A stretch of 64,000 bases of DNA, from assembly GCF_001194135.2 (NCBI RefSeq), contig NC_069005.1, positions 752,521 through 816,520 on the forward strand, read 5' to 3'. This document shows, one piece after another, positions 10,401 to 24,300 of the stretch. Each line of letters opens with the position of its first letter. Within the stretch, counting starts at the first letter, position 1. Below the pieces are notes generated by a model that made no database searches, had not been told where the DNA came from, and saw nothing but the letters and a program-made list of their open reading frames with translations. The position numbers were made by a program, and so were the translations under genes. Origin of the DNA: Octopus bimaculoides. Its lineage: Eukaryota.

Positions 10401-13400
10401 GACATCATCAGTTCTTGTCAAGACAGAGACGTATCCATCCCCGTCATGCACCCCAGAATCCATTGTGTCATAGTAACCCTGCAATGACAAATATACTGCA
10501 CCATGTCATTATGCATATGTGTGCGTGTGTGTATGTACATGTATGTAATGCATATATGTGTGTGGATATGACTTTAAACTGCATCTAGTTGTGGGTCCCT
10601 GGTTCAGAAGTTCCCAGATTTTGAAGAGTGTGGAACTGTCTCTTAACCATTATTGTTCCCAGGCTCCTTTCAGCTTCTGTCCATCAAATCCCCTTGTAAG
10701 GGTTTGGCTAGCCTGATGCCATAGTAGAACCCAAGACCACATGGTTGAGAAGTGAACTTCTTAACCATCCAGCCATGGCACTATCTGTCTCTGGAAGACA
10801 ATCCAAAATACCAAAACCAGAACAAAATGATTTCAGATCAAGAATTCATGGAAAAAAAGAAACTCACCGGATACTTTGTGAAATAGATCTTCTTATATCC
10901 TTCATTGTTTTCCCAAAGAGAAATAAATGCCCCAGGGGGAAGAGGAAGCCTGAAGAATGAAATTGAAGCAATTTATGTCATTGCTGGTTGTATATTTGTG
11001 AGTGTATCTGAGTGCAATATGGTTACAGCTTCAAAAGCTGTATCCCATGCCTAATGATAGTAACATGCTTTTGTTCATGTAAGTTCTTTTATCAGAAATA
11101 AAATAAAAATAAGCACTCATACATTCAAATAAATACATATCAAAACAACAACAACAAAAAATAAATGGAAAAATTTGGTATATTTTTAATTCTGTTTTAG
11201 ATGTGTTTCATTACAGGACAGGAGCTACAAAGGTATAGAGGTAGGAAAATCTCTGATCCATAATTCTTCAGATAAAGACTCAAAAATAATAATATTTTTC
11301 TTCGTGTATGTCTTTGTGACTTCTCTTCTGTAATGAAACATGTCTGACATGGAATTAAAAACATACCAAATTCTTCCAGTCCGCTATCTTGATATGTAAT
11401 TCACTAGAAATTTCAATTGCTACAGATATCTTATCCAAGAGAAAACATCCGTCTACAAACATTTGATTACATGCAGAAGTGCTTAAAAAGGACACAGTTT
11501 GGGTTATAATCCCTTTTATGCAAACAAATACATATACTAAACTGCACACAGAGTTAAAGCAGGTTTCTGCAACGCACACACACACACACACACACACTGA
11601 CTATCATTATTATATTATATTGTGTTATATTATATCATATTATATATTATTATATTATAGTTAATATTATTAGCTGTTTCACATCTAAGGTTAACACTTA
11701 CTTGATAACAATTTGGCCCAGATCACCGATTTTAGTTTCTTGTAAAGATTTTGGGGCCATTATTTTGACTGAAAAATGACAAAAGTTTAACAAAAATTGA
11801 GCAATTAATTATAATAAGTAAAATAAAACATTATATTCTGATGACCTTAAAACAGGATCTGTAGAATGCTTCCAGAAGAAAAAACCTAGAATTGAGAGGC
11901 CCCAGAGTGAACTTGGTGAAAACTAAAGTTTTATTAATCAAAAAGAAGATGGTGCTGCCATCTGGAAATAGCTGGAGCTTCATATAGCATACATGGTGAT
12001 AAAAACTGGTGTACAAGAAGTGTACTGAGATTACAGGTATACTGAAGGTAAATAAAAAGCTTGAATGAGGCAGATACACAGAGTAAACTAAATTCTTTTC
12101 AATGTATCAATTGCTCCAGAATGACAGTTGACAGTTTCTGTTAATAATTACAGAGAACCAGAAAATTTCTGCTATTGTTATTTATGTCATGAACTTTTGA
12201 AATAATTTTTACAAAATTCGAAGAATTGAATGAAATTATCTAATGAGTAATTAAAATATGATTAAGAAATTCACCATTCCAACCAGGAACAGGTTTTCCA
12301 GATACCCCAATGGATGGCTCCATATTCATTCCAAGACCATAACAAGAAGCTAATGCTGGCCAAGATGTTTCTGAAAAGAAAAAGAAATATCATTATTGAG
12401 AAATTTAGTGGCACCCCAGCAGTGGCACAACCACCACCACTATCATCATCATCATCGCCCTAATGTATATTTTTCTATACTTAGAAGAGTCAGACATGAC
12501 TACGTTGGGGCAGAGATTTTTATGTTGCCAGATGCCTTTCCTGCTGCCAACCCTCGTTTGTTTCCAGGAAATGCAATAATCTCTGAATCTGTTGAACAAT
12601 AAACAACTCAGACATAGTTACGTAGAGAAGTAGAGACAAATTGTTTGAAAGCACCTTTTTGCTTACAGAGACCAAGCAACATATCAAGACAGGTCGGGAG
12701 TTGGAATGTGCTTCCGTGGTGAAGTGCAAACAAGCAACACTGACTGTGAGAACAGTGGCATTTTTGCTTACGACTAGCAAAGACATGCAGAGGGGAAATA
12801 TGAAATCATTCACACACATACACACCCTCACTCACTCACTCACCCGCTCACTCACCACATCACATCACATCACACACACACGCATGTGGCTGCGTGCATA
12901 AGTTTACTTCCCAACCTCATGGTTCCAGGTTCCATTCCATTGTGCAACACCTTGAGCAAGTGTCTTCTGCTGTAGCCTTGAGATGACCAAAGTCTTGTGA
13001 GGGAATTTAAATAGATTTTAGTTTATATTTTTTAAAATTTAATTATTATTCAAGCAACATGGTCTCAATCCAATGAGTGAAACCAGTACAAGATAAAGAG
13101 ATAGGAGTAGAACCGCACCTGTTTGCCACCAATTGTCCAAAACTGGTTTCTGTACAATACTCTTGGTCCATTGCATTGTTGTTTTATCACAATGCTCCCC
13201 AGCCACATACATAGCCTTCAGCCTGTAAGAAGCAAACTATGAAAAGTTATATAAACGAAATAACTTGCATAGAAACACTTAAATTTCAAATGGACATTTG
13301 CTTGCTTAAATATTTGAAGAATTTCTACGAAGACTGGATGTAGTTCCATGATACAGATAATCAAAATGTTTTGGATACCTGTGTTTGTTCAGGTATTAAG

Positions 13401-16400
13401 ATTGAAAAAACTGACTTTGTTTGTAAAACATTTTGAACCTGCATTTGCAACCCTTAAGTAAATTCTGTAGCCACACTTATGAGGACAAGTGTTCACTTTT
13501 AAGGAAGATATTGCAACAGAGATGTTCAATACAAGAGATTAAATTCATTGCCCATTTACAGTCAAATAGATTTAGTTGTCTTACAACTTTGAATTTATTC
13601 TTTTTCTCTTTTCTTTTTTAAAGTTTAGCACCCAGAATGGCAGTCTTTGATATTAATTCCAGCAGTGTTCACAACAGTATTTAAATTTAGATTTTATACC
13701 ATCCATTGTCAACAAAATAATGGCTATGTGCTTGTTATGTGGGAAAAATTTCAGGACCGATGCCATGAAGCCTGGCAAGATCAAAGACATCTCAAAAGGT
13801 TTGACACACAAGAAAATAAATAAAATCCAGACCCATCTCAATCTCAAGAGCATCTGGCCTTAGAAAATTTGCCTCAACAAATTCCATGCATCCTATGTGA
13901 GCATGGAAAAGTGGTTGTAAAACAATGATGATGAAGGGTAAAGGATACTGTACGGAAAAACACAAGTATTTCATAAATATGTCAAAGAAACATATTTTTT
14001 AGGCAACTTACTTGGAAAATGGGAAATATTTCTCAGCGTGTTTTCCTTTGTTGTCCTACAGGAAGAAAATGAGAATAGATTAGCAAGATTACATTCAGAA
14101 CAGTTAAAAAGAATATTGCCCCCTCTCCACTTATATTTTACATTGATCACTCTTTTGTGCTACCAAGTTATCTTTTCCTCTCTCACCTGAATTTCTTGTT
14201 TATTTGCTCCTATCACTCTACATCTTTCACTCTCTTTAGACACATCTGTCTCTCTCCTCACACACACTTTCAACATACCCATCCACACATCATCTCCCTT
14301 GATAACAGTATAATTATTACTATTCTTGTGCTCCCCTTTCTGTACTGCCATTTAATGATGATGATGGTGAAGATGACTTCTCATTATGATAGAATGCATG
14401 TGATGCAGAGAGATTCTGCCCAACTTGTTTCGTCATTAAAAGGTGGGTAAGTAAATATATTTTCCTTACCTCTTTTATAATTGCACGCAAAGCTGTTGGT
14501 GCAACAAACATGCCAGCCACTTCATGGTCTTTCAGTACTCGGAAATAGGCACTGGCATCAGGAGTGCCAACTGGTTTGCCCTGGAATACACAGTTTTTTT
14601 TTTTAGTTGTTGTTTCTTTCTTTAAAATATTGAAATTCAACTTTTGAGCCAAATATGAAAAGATAAATGAATTATTTCCAAATAGAACCTACCTCGAATA
14701 AAATAGATGTGTTTGCATTAAGTAAAGGACCATAAGCTATGAAAGAGTGACCAACCACCCAACCAAGATCAGAGGCTGCCCACCAGACCTGTCAAGAGAA
14801 ATATGGAAGAAAACATTTGAAGCAAACAAGAAATGGTTCATCTCATAAAAATGGGATGACAAATCTTTGTTAATCCTAATATGCACCATTATTAAATATT
14901 AATATAATTAATTGCTGTAGATAAGGCACTGAGCTGGCAGAATTGTTAGCATGCTGGGCAAAATGCTGCTAAGCATTTTGTCCACATTTATGTTGCTGAG
15001 GTTGATTCTGTCTTTCATCCTTTGGGGGTCAATAAAATAAGTCCCAGTTAAAAATCAACAGAAAATTTGCCAGTTTCAAAAGAATTTGGTTAGCTGCACT
15101 GCTTTAGCATTGAACTTAACCCCTTTTCTAAAGACACAGGCATAGCTGTGTGGTCGAGAAGTTCATTTCCCAAACAATAGGGATCAAGGGTCAGCAAATG
15201 TTGAGATTTTTAGTTTAAAAAAAAAAAATCAATCGTACTTACCTCCCCTGGTTTGATACCATAAACATTTTGAATGGCCCACTTCAGTGCTACAGCATGG
15301 CCGGCATTTGGACGTACAATGGCCTGAAAATATATTGAGAAAGTAAAATGTAATTTAGAATTCCAAAGCGAACAAATACACTCTTTTTTGAAGAATATTT
15401 AGGGATAATTCAAAATTTCCCTCATCATCATTTTAGGTAATATCCACTTTTCTATGATGACTGCAGGGGCAGATTTTCTATGGCTAGATGCTCCTCCTGT
15501 CACCAACACTCATCTGTTTACAAGCAAGGTAATATTTCCCCATTACTCAGATACGTTTTACATGGAAGACTGGAGACGAATGGTACTGCTTGTATAACAG
15601 TGACACTCGTTTACAATTATGCAATGTCATAACAAAGAGTCACAAACACACACACACACTCACATGCATGCAAACGTACATACAGACACAGATACATATG
15701 TACATATATAGATATATATATATACATACACATACATAGATATATACATACATATAGACATAGATATATATTTACATATATGTCTAACAAATCCACTCAC
15801 AGACTTTTGGTCTGCCTGGGGTTATAGAAGAAGACACTCGTCCAAAGTGCCATGCAGTGCAACTGAACCTGAATCCATGGGAGGCATCTCCTCTGTAGGA
15901 CGATTTCACTGAGGACTGGCGAACCAGGAGGCTGCACCAGGCTCCAATCCGATCTGGCAGAGTTTCTACAGCTGGATGCCCTTCCTAATGCGAACCACTC
16001 CGAGAATGTAGTGGGTGCTTTTATGTGCCACCGGCACGAGGGCCAGTCAGACTGTACTGGCAACGGCCACGCTCAAATGGTGTTTTTTACGTGCCACCTG
16101 CACAGGAGCCAGTCCAGGGGCACTGGCAGCTTAGTGCTGTCAGGTGTTTTTAGTAAAACTGTTTATGTTTCAGTCTGTTGTACTTTGTATTTATTTGATA
16201 GTTTTGTGTTCATTGGTTTTTGCAAATATGAAATGTTTCCAAATAAAATAATCTCTACCTTAGGTAATCCAGTGGTTCCAGATGTATGTAGAATGTACAG
16301 GGGATCCATTGCTGGCACTGGTACACAATCTGTTGGTGAGGCAGAAGAAAGTTCTTCCATGTAACATACATCAAGGCCTTTCTTAAACNNNNNNNNNNNN

Positions 16401-19283
16401 NNNNNNNNNNNNNNNNNNNNNNNNNNNNNNNNNNNNNNNNNNNNNNNNNNNNNNNNNNNNNNNNNNNNNNNNNNNNNNNNNNNNNNNNNNNNNNNNNNNN
16501 NNNNNNNNNNNNNNNNNNNNNNNNNNNNNNNNNNNNNNNNNNNNNNNNNNNNNNNNNNNNNNNNNNNNNNNNNNNNNNNNNNNNNNNNNNNNNNNNNNNN
16601 NNNNNNNNNNNNNNNNNNNNNNNNNNNNNNNNNNNNNNNNNNNNNNNNNNNNNNNNNNNNNNNNNNNNNNNNNNNNNNNNNNNNNNNNNNNNNNNNNNNN
16701 NNNNNNNNNNNNNNNNNNNNNNNNNNNNNNNNNNNNNNNNNNNNNNNNNNNNNNNNNNNNNNNNNNNNNNNNNNNNNNNNNNNNNNNNNNNNNNNNNNNN
16801 NNNNNNNNNNNNNNNNNNNNNNNNNNNNNNNNNNNNNNNNNNNNNNNNNNNNNNNNNNNNNNNNNNNNNNNNNNNNNNNNNNNNNNNNNNNNNNNNNNNN
16901 NNNNNNNNNNNNNNNNNNNNNNNNNNNNNNNNNNNNNNNNNNNNNNNNNNNNNNNNNNNNNNNNNNNNNNNNNNNNNNNNNNNNNNNNNNNNNNNNNNNN
17001 NNNNNNNNNNNNNNNNNNNNNNNNNNNNNNNNNNNNNNNNNNNNNNNNNNNNNNNNNNNNNNNNNNNNNNNNNNNNNNNNNNNNNNNNNNNNNNAGTAAA
17101 ATTAGTAAAGAGAAAGCTCACCTGGGGTCTGTTGAAAATGATACATTTTTTCGGTTTGTGGCTGATTAGTTCCAATGCTTCATCTAAAATTGGTTTATAT
17201 TCAACAATCCTGGTTGGTTCAATGCCACAGTTTGAGCTGACAATGACTTTGGGCTTGAAACAGAATTGTAGAAATTCAGAATTAAGATTAAAAGCATACA
17301 ACAGCAAAATAAAAAAAAACAAAAACAAACGAACTTATTGTATACACTACATCCCATCACAAAAAAAAAAAAAGAAGAATTAGCCAATGAACAGGAAGTG
17401 GGCAGTGAAAGAGTCATGAAAAAAAAAAGAAATATTTATAAAATATAAAAAAATAAAGTTGGGTGGGGGGGACGTCAAAAGTAGAATTGGTGAATTTTGG
17501 GAAGCATGGAAGTTTAGATGGATGTAAGCATGACATGGAGAACACCATCATCCTCATTGTTTTAACATCTACTTATTCATGCTAGCATGGGTCAGACGGA
17601 ATTCACTGAGGAAGATTGATGCATCTTCACCCATACTGTTGTCTTTGAAGAGAATTTTCTCCAGGGATTAATTTCCACTACAAAAGGTCTTCTTACACTG
17701 GAATATACACAAAGGCTTCTTTCAGTTTCCATGTATCAAATCCACAGACAGTTTTGGTCAGCCTTTGGGATTGAACCAGAGACCACGTGGTTGAGAAGTT
17801 TCTAAAGATTTATTTACATAATCCTCAATATTTCTTCCTTTGTGCCCTAAATTTATAAATCGATATTTCACCAATAACCAATCAAATTTCTCTTACTTTT
17901 GCATGTGCAATTCTGTTGGCAAGTTCTTTGGCACCAAATCCTCCAAACACTACAGCATGAATGGCTCCAATTCTGGCTGCTGCCAACATAGTTACAATAG
18001 CCTGAGGAATGGCTGGCATGTAGATCAGGACACGATCTCCTTTCTCAACACCATGTTTTCTTAGAACTCCAGCAAAATGTTTCACCTGAAAAATTGTTAT
18101 TGTAGGAAAATTAATGGAATAAGTTCAAAAGCTGATAAAATGAGACGATCAGATGTGGCTTTAGGATACTGACCATTTGGTATGGCTGACTGGACATTCA
18201 GTTGATTTTGGCAAACAAACAAACACACACACACGCATGTGTGTACACAGAAATGTATTCATACAGATAAACAGAGAGAAAGAGAGAGATATTACTATCT
18301 TATAATTAATTATACATATACCTATATACTTATATACACACACACATATATATATACATACATGATGGGCTTCTTTGAGGTTCTGTCTACCAAATTCACT
18401 TACAACACTCTGGTTAATGCAGAGCTATATTAGAAGAAACTTGCCTAAGGTGCCATGCAAAGGAATCGAACCTGAAATCATGATATTGGGAAGCAAACTT
18501 TTTAATCACAAAGCCATACCTGATAACAAATATGTGCATTGTCGAAAATTACTTAACTGACTGACAGGGAGTATATTTAAGGTCATTCGTCCTGCTAGAA
18601 AAAGCAGCTAAAGTTCTCTTAAATAACACTCTACCATCATAAAAATGGGGAAGGACATACTAGGTAATATTAGTCCCAGATGCCTATAAAACTATTTGAT
18701 GGCCATGGTTGGAATGTCTTTTCATTATATATTTACTGAACCAGGGAATAAATAACAACCAGTTACCTAAATGCCAGTGGTCCCTTGCTTCTGGAAACAC
18801 TTGGAGATCAAAGGTCATTGGGTATGAAAGGGCTTTTTTGACCACCCCTAAACTGTCCATAACAAAGATATCTCCCTTCGCAATGACTCTAATTTCACCT
18901 TCAAGTAGTGCTGTCTCCCTACGCCTGACTTTGACTTCACCTTCAAACTGTGGTCAGCCCCACCCACTCTGTCCTGGTGGTGACATCGATATCCCCTTCA
19001 AACAATCTGATCCTGTGACAGCCCCCATCCCTGCTCAAACCTCTAACACTTCTCTCTCTCTCTCTCTCACACATATATATATATACACTGAACCATGTAC
19101 CTTCACATTTTAAATATGAAATAAGCACAGGAGTGGTTGTGGTAAGAAGTTTGCTTCCCAACCACATGGTTCCGGGTTCAGTCTCACTGCATGGAACCTT
19201 GGGCAAGTGTCTTCTACTATAGCCTCAGGCTGACCAAAGCCTTGTGAGTGGATTTGGTAGACGGAAACTGAAAGAAGCCTGTC

Positions 19284-19347
<64 letters not shown>

Positions 19348-20615
19348 ATATATATATCTATGGCTGGATGCCTTTCCTAATACCAACTCCTTTACAGTGT
19401 GTACTGGGTGCCGTTTTCATAGCACCAGTGCAAGTGAGGCCACCATGTAGCTTGCAAGAGTAAAGTCCCCTTGAACTGAGAAGGGCTATGGTAGAGAGTG
19501 TGGTAGCTTTATGATAAGAAATGAGGGGTTAAAGTATGAAAGAAGGGGCCAGAACAGAACAGGTTTCATGGTGTAGAGGACATACATGGCTACTTACATT
19601 ACAGAAGAGTGGGTTGGAAGGGACCAGGTTGGGGATGGAAAGGGAGATGAAATAGTGGGGATGAGGTGTTAGGGTGGCCCCCTCAAAGCTGGAAGTGAGA
19701 AAAAGTGAGAGGGAACAGAAGGACAGAGAGTGTGGGCAAGTAGAGGTTGTAAGAATGTATGATAGAGTGAGGGATGGGGAATGGGTTAGGGGGTGAATAT
19801 AATAATGAACAGGTGTTGAGGGGAGGTAGGGAAGAGTAAGTGACAACAGTAGAAATTTATAGGTTCAAGTGACACACACATGTGTGTGTGTGTGTGTGTG
19901 TGTGTGTATCATCCCCTCAGAACCTGATACAACTCCAAGAAAAGTGACTCTATGTTGCCTATAGCTGCATCCATCTCTCATTTTGTTTCATAAGTTTCCT
20001 ATAAAAACCATTCTATTACATTATATATATCAACAGGCCCCTCTATGTTACCCATTTTATTAATCCATGTTTGTGTATATCAGGGTTCTGTTATGTCTCC
20101 CATATTCTCTGTACATAAAATTACCTTCCCTCTAACTCAACCAACCCCACATGAACCTAACTAGAAGATTCCCTGCCCCCACCTCTTCAAGAAAACTAGA
20201 CAGTTTAAGGTACCCTTTCACTATTTCTATAACCCACCACCACCCCAATGCAGTTCATAATAGTAATAGTGGTGGTAGTTGTGTTGGGGTAATATAAGAT
20301 AATATATGATAATGTATGATAATATATAGTGTCCTTCGGCACACTCATTAGTCACCTGTCAGGTGAATGACATAACAAAACCAGTAGCAGAAGTGTGAGG
20401 TGCCCTGCTGATGGCAAGCGAGGTTATAATGTGCATTCGGAGTTACAAACTAAATACTGTTTGAATCATAACAACAGTGTCACAAACACTGAATGTAAAA
20501 AACTTTTACTGAATGAACTCTTTGGGGAGAATTAAGGTGAAGGACGTTCAGACAACAAGAGCGGATATCAGGCACAAGTCAGGGTGTATAGATACAGACT
20601 CACACACACATATAC

Positions 20616-20648
<33 letters not shown>

Positions 20649-21300
20649 NNNNNNNNNNNNNNNNNNNNNNNNNNNNNNNNNNNNNNNNNNNNNNNNNNNN
20701 NNNNNNNNNNNNNNNNNNNNNNNNNNNNNNNNNNNNNNNNNNNNNNNNNNNNNNNNNNNNNNNNNNNNNNNNNNNNNNNNNNNNNNNNNNNNNNNNNNNN
20801 NNNNNNNNNNNNNNNNNNNNNNNNNNNNNNNNNNNNNNNNNNNNNNNNNNNNNNNNNNNNNNNNNNNNNNNNNNNNNNNNNNNNNNNNNNNNNNNNNNNN
20901 NNNNNNNNNNNNNNNNNNNNNNNNNNNNNNNNNNNNNNNNNNNNNNNNNNNNNNNNNNNNNNNNNNNNNNNNNNNNNNNNNNNNNNNNNNNNNNNNNNNN
21001 NNNNNNNNNNNNNNNNNNNNNNNNNNNNNNNNNNNNNNNNNNNNNNNNNNNNNNNNNNNNNNNNNNNNNNNNNNNNNNNNNNNNNNNNNNNNNNNNNNNN
21101 NNNNNNNNNNNNNNNNNNNNNNNNNNNNNNNNNNNNNNNNNNNNNNNNNNNNNNNNNNNNNNNNNNNNNNNNNNNNNNNNNNNNNNNNNNNNNNNNNNNN
21201 NNNNNNNNNNNNNNNNNNNNNNNNNNNNNNNNNNNNNNNNNNNNNNNNNNNNNNNNNNNNNNNNNNNNNNNNNNNNNNNNNNNNNNNNNNNNNNNNNNNN

Positions 21301-21338
<38 letters not shown>

Positions 21339-24300
21339 CATCGATGTAAAAAAATTAATAAAAAAATGACAGAGAGAGAGCAGTTTCCTTAAAGTTTGTT
21401 GACTTGTTTTTTTCTGATCATCTTTGTGAATAATTCTATAAAGCTTACCTCATCCAAAAGCTGAGAATAAGTGATCTTTTGAATTTGACCAGTGACTGGA
21501 CTGTCGTGAACCAAGGCCACCCTTTCTCCAAGACCATTTTCCACATGACGATCAAGGGCATTGTAAGTTGTGTTAAATTCTCCACCTACAAACCTAAACA
21601 AGAAATATAAGCAGTTTTAAAACAGTTCCATCCATGGATAAAAGACAAGATTGACTTTGGCAGGATTTGAACCCAAACTGCAAACAACCAGAATGAATTC
21701 TGCAAAGAAAATTTGTTTGAAGCTCTAATAATCTCACCAATCAATAACCAATCAATATCCCTCAATTCCATTTGCATAACTGAAATAAACTCACACACTA
21801 TAGATCTGTCTGAAGTGCAGAAGACTTACAAAAGCAGTTGAACCAGTAAACAGCAGGGAGTCCCCTGTGAAATTAGCAAAGCTTTATCTTTATGATATAA
21901 TCCTGAATATATTAAATGAGATACTGCAATGAATTAGGGGACAACAACGGGTTCATGGTTAATAATATACTCTTCAGAAGATGTAAATATAAAGGGGTTC
22001 CAGAAGATGGACCTCGGTGCATGAAGCGTAGTAACTCTGGGGGATTTTGTCATCATTAACTGGAAATGACAAATTAGGGGTTATGATGCTAACCCCTATT
22101 GAGTCTGGACCTCAGTGAATCCGGAGAAATTCTAAGGGGTTTTGACATTACTGTGGTATGATGTCGGTGTCTGGGGAGGCTGACCGGAAGGGCGAGTCGA
22201 CCGGAAGGGGAAACAGGGCAGAGGGAGCCTCGATCAGCGTTCGTGCCCTTTTCGAACGGGGCTGCGGTCAGGACAAGATGTGTTAAGCGACGGTCTAGGT
22301 TTGGGAAGGTTTGGGAGAAGCAGCTGCTATACCTGGTGTACCTTGGGTCGGGGCAAGCTTCAAGGATCGGATACCGCAAGATGGACTCGCAGTCGAGGAA
22401 AGGAAAACCGAGGTAAGGCGATTACATCTACTCGTACGCACACACCACAAGCNNNNNNNNNNNNNNNNNNNNNNNNNNNNNNNNNNNNNNNNNNNNNNNN
22501 NNNNNNNNNNNNNNNNNNNNNNNNNNNNNNNNNNNNNNNNNNNNNNNNNNNNNNNNNNNNNNNNNNNNNNNNNNNNNNNNNNNNNNNNNNNNNNNNNNNN
22601 NNNNNNNNNNNNNNNNNNNNNNNNNNNNNNNNNNNNNNNNNNNNNNNNNNNNNNNNNNNNNNNNNNNNNNNNNNNNNNNNNNNNNNNNNNNNNNNNNNNN
22701 NNNNNNNNNNNNNNNNNNNNNNNNNNNNNNNNNNNNNNNNNNNNNNNNNNNNNNNNNNNNNNNNNNNNNNNNNNNNNNNNNNNNNNNNNNNNNNNNNNNN
22801 NNNNNNNNNNNNNNNNNNNNNNNNNNNNNNNNNNNNNNNNNNNNNNNNNNNNNNNNNNNNNNNNNNNNNNNNNNNNNNNNNNNNNNNNNNNNNNNNNNNN
22901 NNNNNNNNNNNNNNNNNNNNNNNNNNNNNNNNNNNNNNNNNNNNNNNNNNNNNNNNNNNNNNNNNNNNNNNNNNNNNNNNNNNNNNNNNNNNNNNNNNNN
23001 NNNNNNNNNNNNNNNNNNNNNNNNNNNNNNNNNNNNNNNNNNNNNNNNNNNNNNNNNNNNNNNNNNNNNNNNNNNNNNNNNNNNNNNNNNNNNNNNNNNN
23101 NNNNNNNNNNNNNNNNNNNNNNNNNNNNNNNNNNNNNNNNNNNNNNNNNNNNNNNNNNNNNNNNNNNNNNNNNNNNNNNNNNNNNNNNNNNNNNNNNNNN
23201 NNNNNNNNNNNNNNNNNNNNNNNNNNNNNNNNNNNNNNNNNNNNNNNNNNNNNNNNNNNNNNNNNNNNNNNNNNNNNNNNNNNNNNNNNNNNNNNNNNNN
23301 NNNNNNNNNNNNNNNNNNNNNNNNNNNNNNNNNNNNNNNNNNNNNNNNNNNNNNNNNNNNNNNNGCGTTACAGAGCGCGGCGCTGAGGCTACGGGTGATC
23401 GTGATCGACTATGTGATAGACGGGGTTGATGTCGTGTTGGGGATGGACGCCATCAACCGTCTTGGTGGCGTTAGGATTGCAGGAGATGAGGTCACGTTCG
23501 GAAGGGTGGGGACATCGTGCGCCGTGAGTCGGGACCGCCAGGGAGAGCAGAGCCCCGTCGAGGACAGCGCCGCTTACACCATCGAAGACAAAGATTTTCA
23601 GGTATAGCAGCTGCTTCTCCCAAACCTTCCCAAACCTAGACCGTCGCTTAACACGTCTTGTCCTGACCGCAGCCCCGTTCGGACATGATGGATCTTGATT
23701 ATTGGGATTGGCTCAAGAAGCTCAGACTTTATTGCTTCCAATGCTGCCACAAGCCCCATTTATATGATGTGGAAAATATTACAACAGCGTTTTGCCCCAA
23801 TGATGGCATCACCTTTAAAATTCACTCAAGCCTTGAACCCCTTGCCATCTATCCGCTACAAAAATTATGCTTGTGTCACATCACAACACTGTTTTGCAGA
23901 ACTATTTCACCTTGTCTGATGCTGCTCCCTTTAACCTCGTTCCAAGACACAGAAGAAAAAGATCTCATAACATTCAAACAGTTCCTGGATGAATAACCTC
24001 CATCAAATTCCAGGTAAAGCACCTACACCTGAATATATCTCTACAAGCAACAACTCTTTACTCAAATGAGCTATAATGCCCAAACAATGACTGCAATATG
24101 AAACATCATTAAATCTCTTTTCCAGGTGGTGCTATTAGGTTAGCCATGGTCTGAGCCAATTTTGGCTGAAAGTTATCTAAGTCACAGATTAGCAGCTATG
24201 GTGCTACCCTCTGCTCAATCTGAGTCTCGGTGGATGCTTAGAAAATCATATCTGAGGGATCTTACCATTACTGGCCCCCATATAACATATTAATGATTGT

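Noticed and set aside
20330-20380. Small repeat shared with ~51893-51960 (gacaggtga(c)taatgag on the minus strand) as a degenerate hammerhead family
   Set aside because: Both copies have TAATGA rather than TGATGA, one lacks GAAA and the other lacks a clean stem II; not supportable without a consensus.
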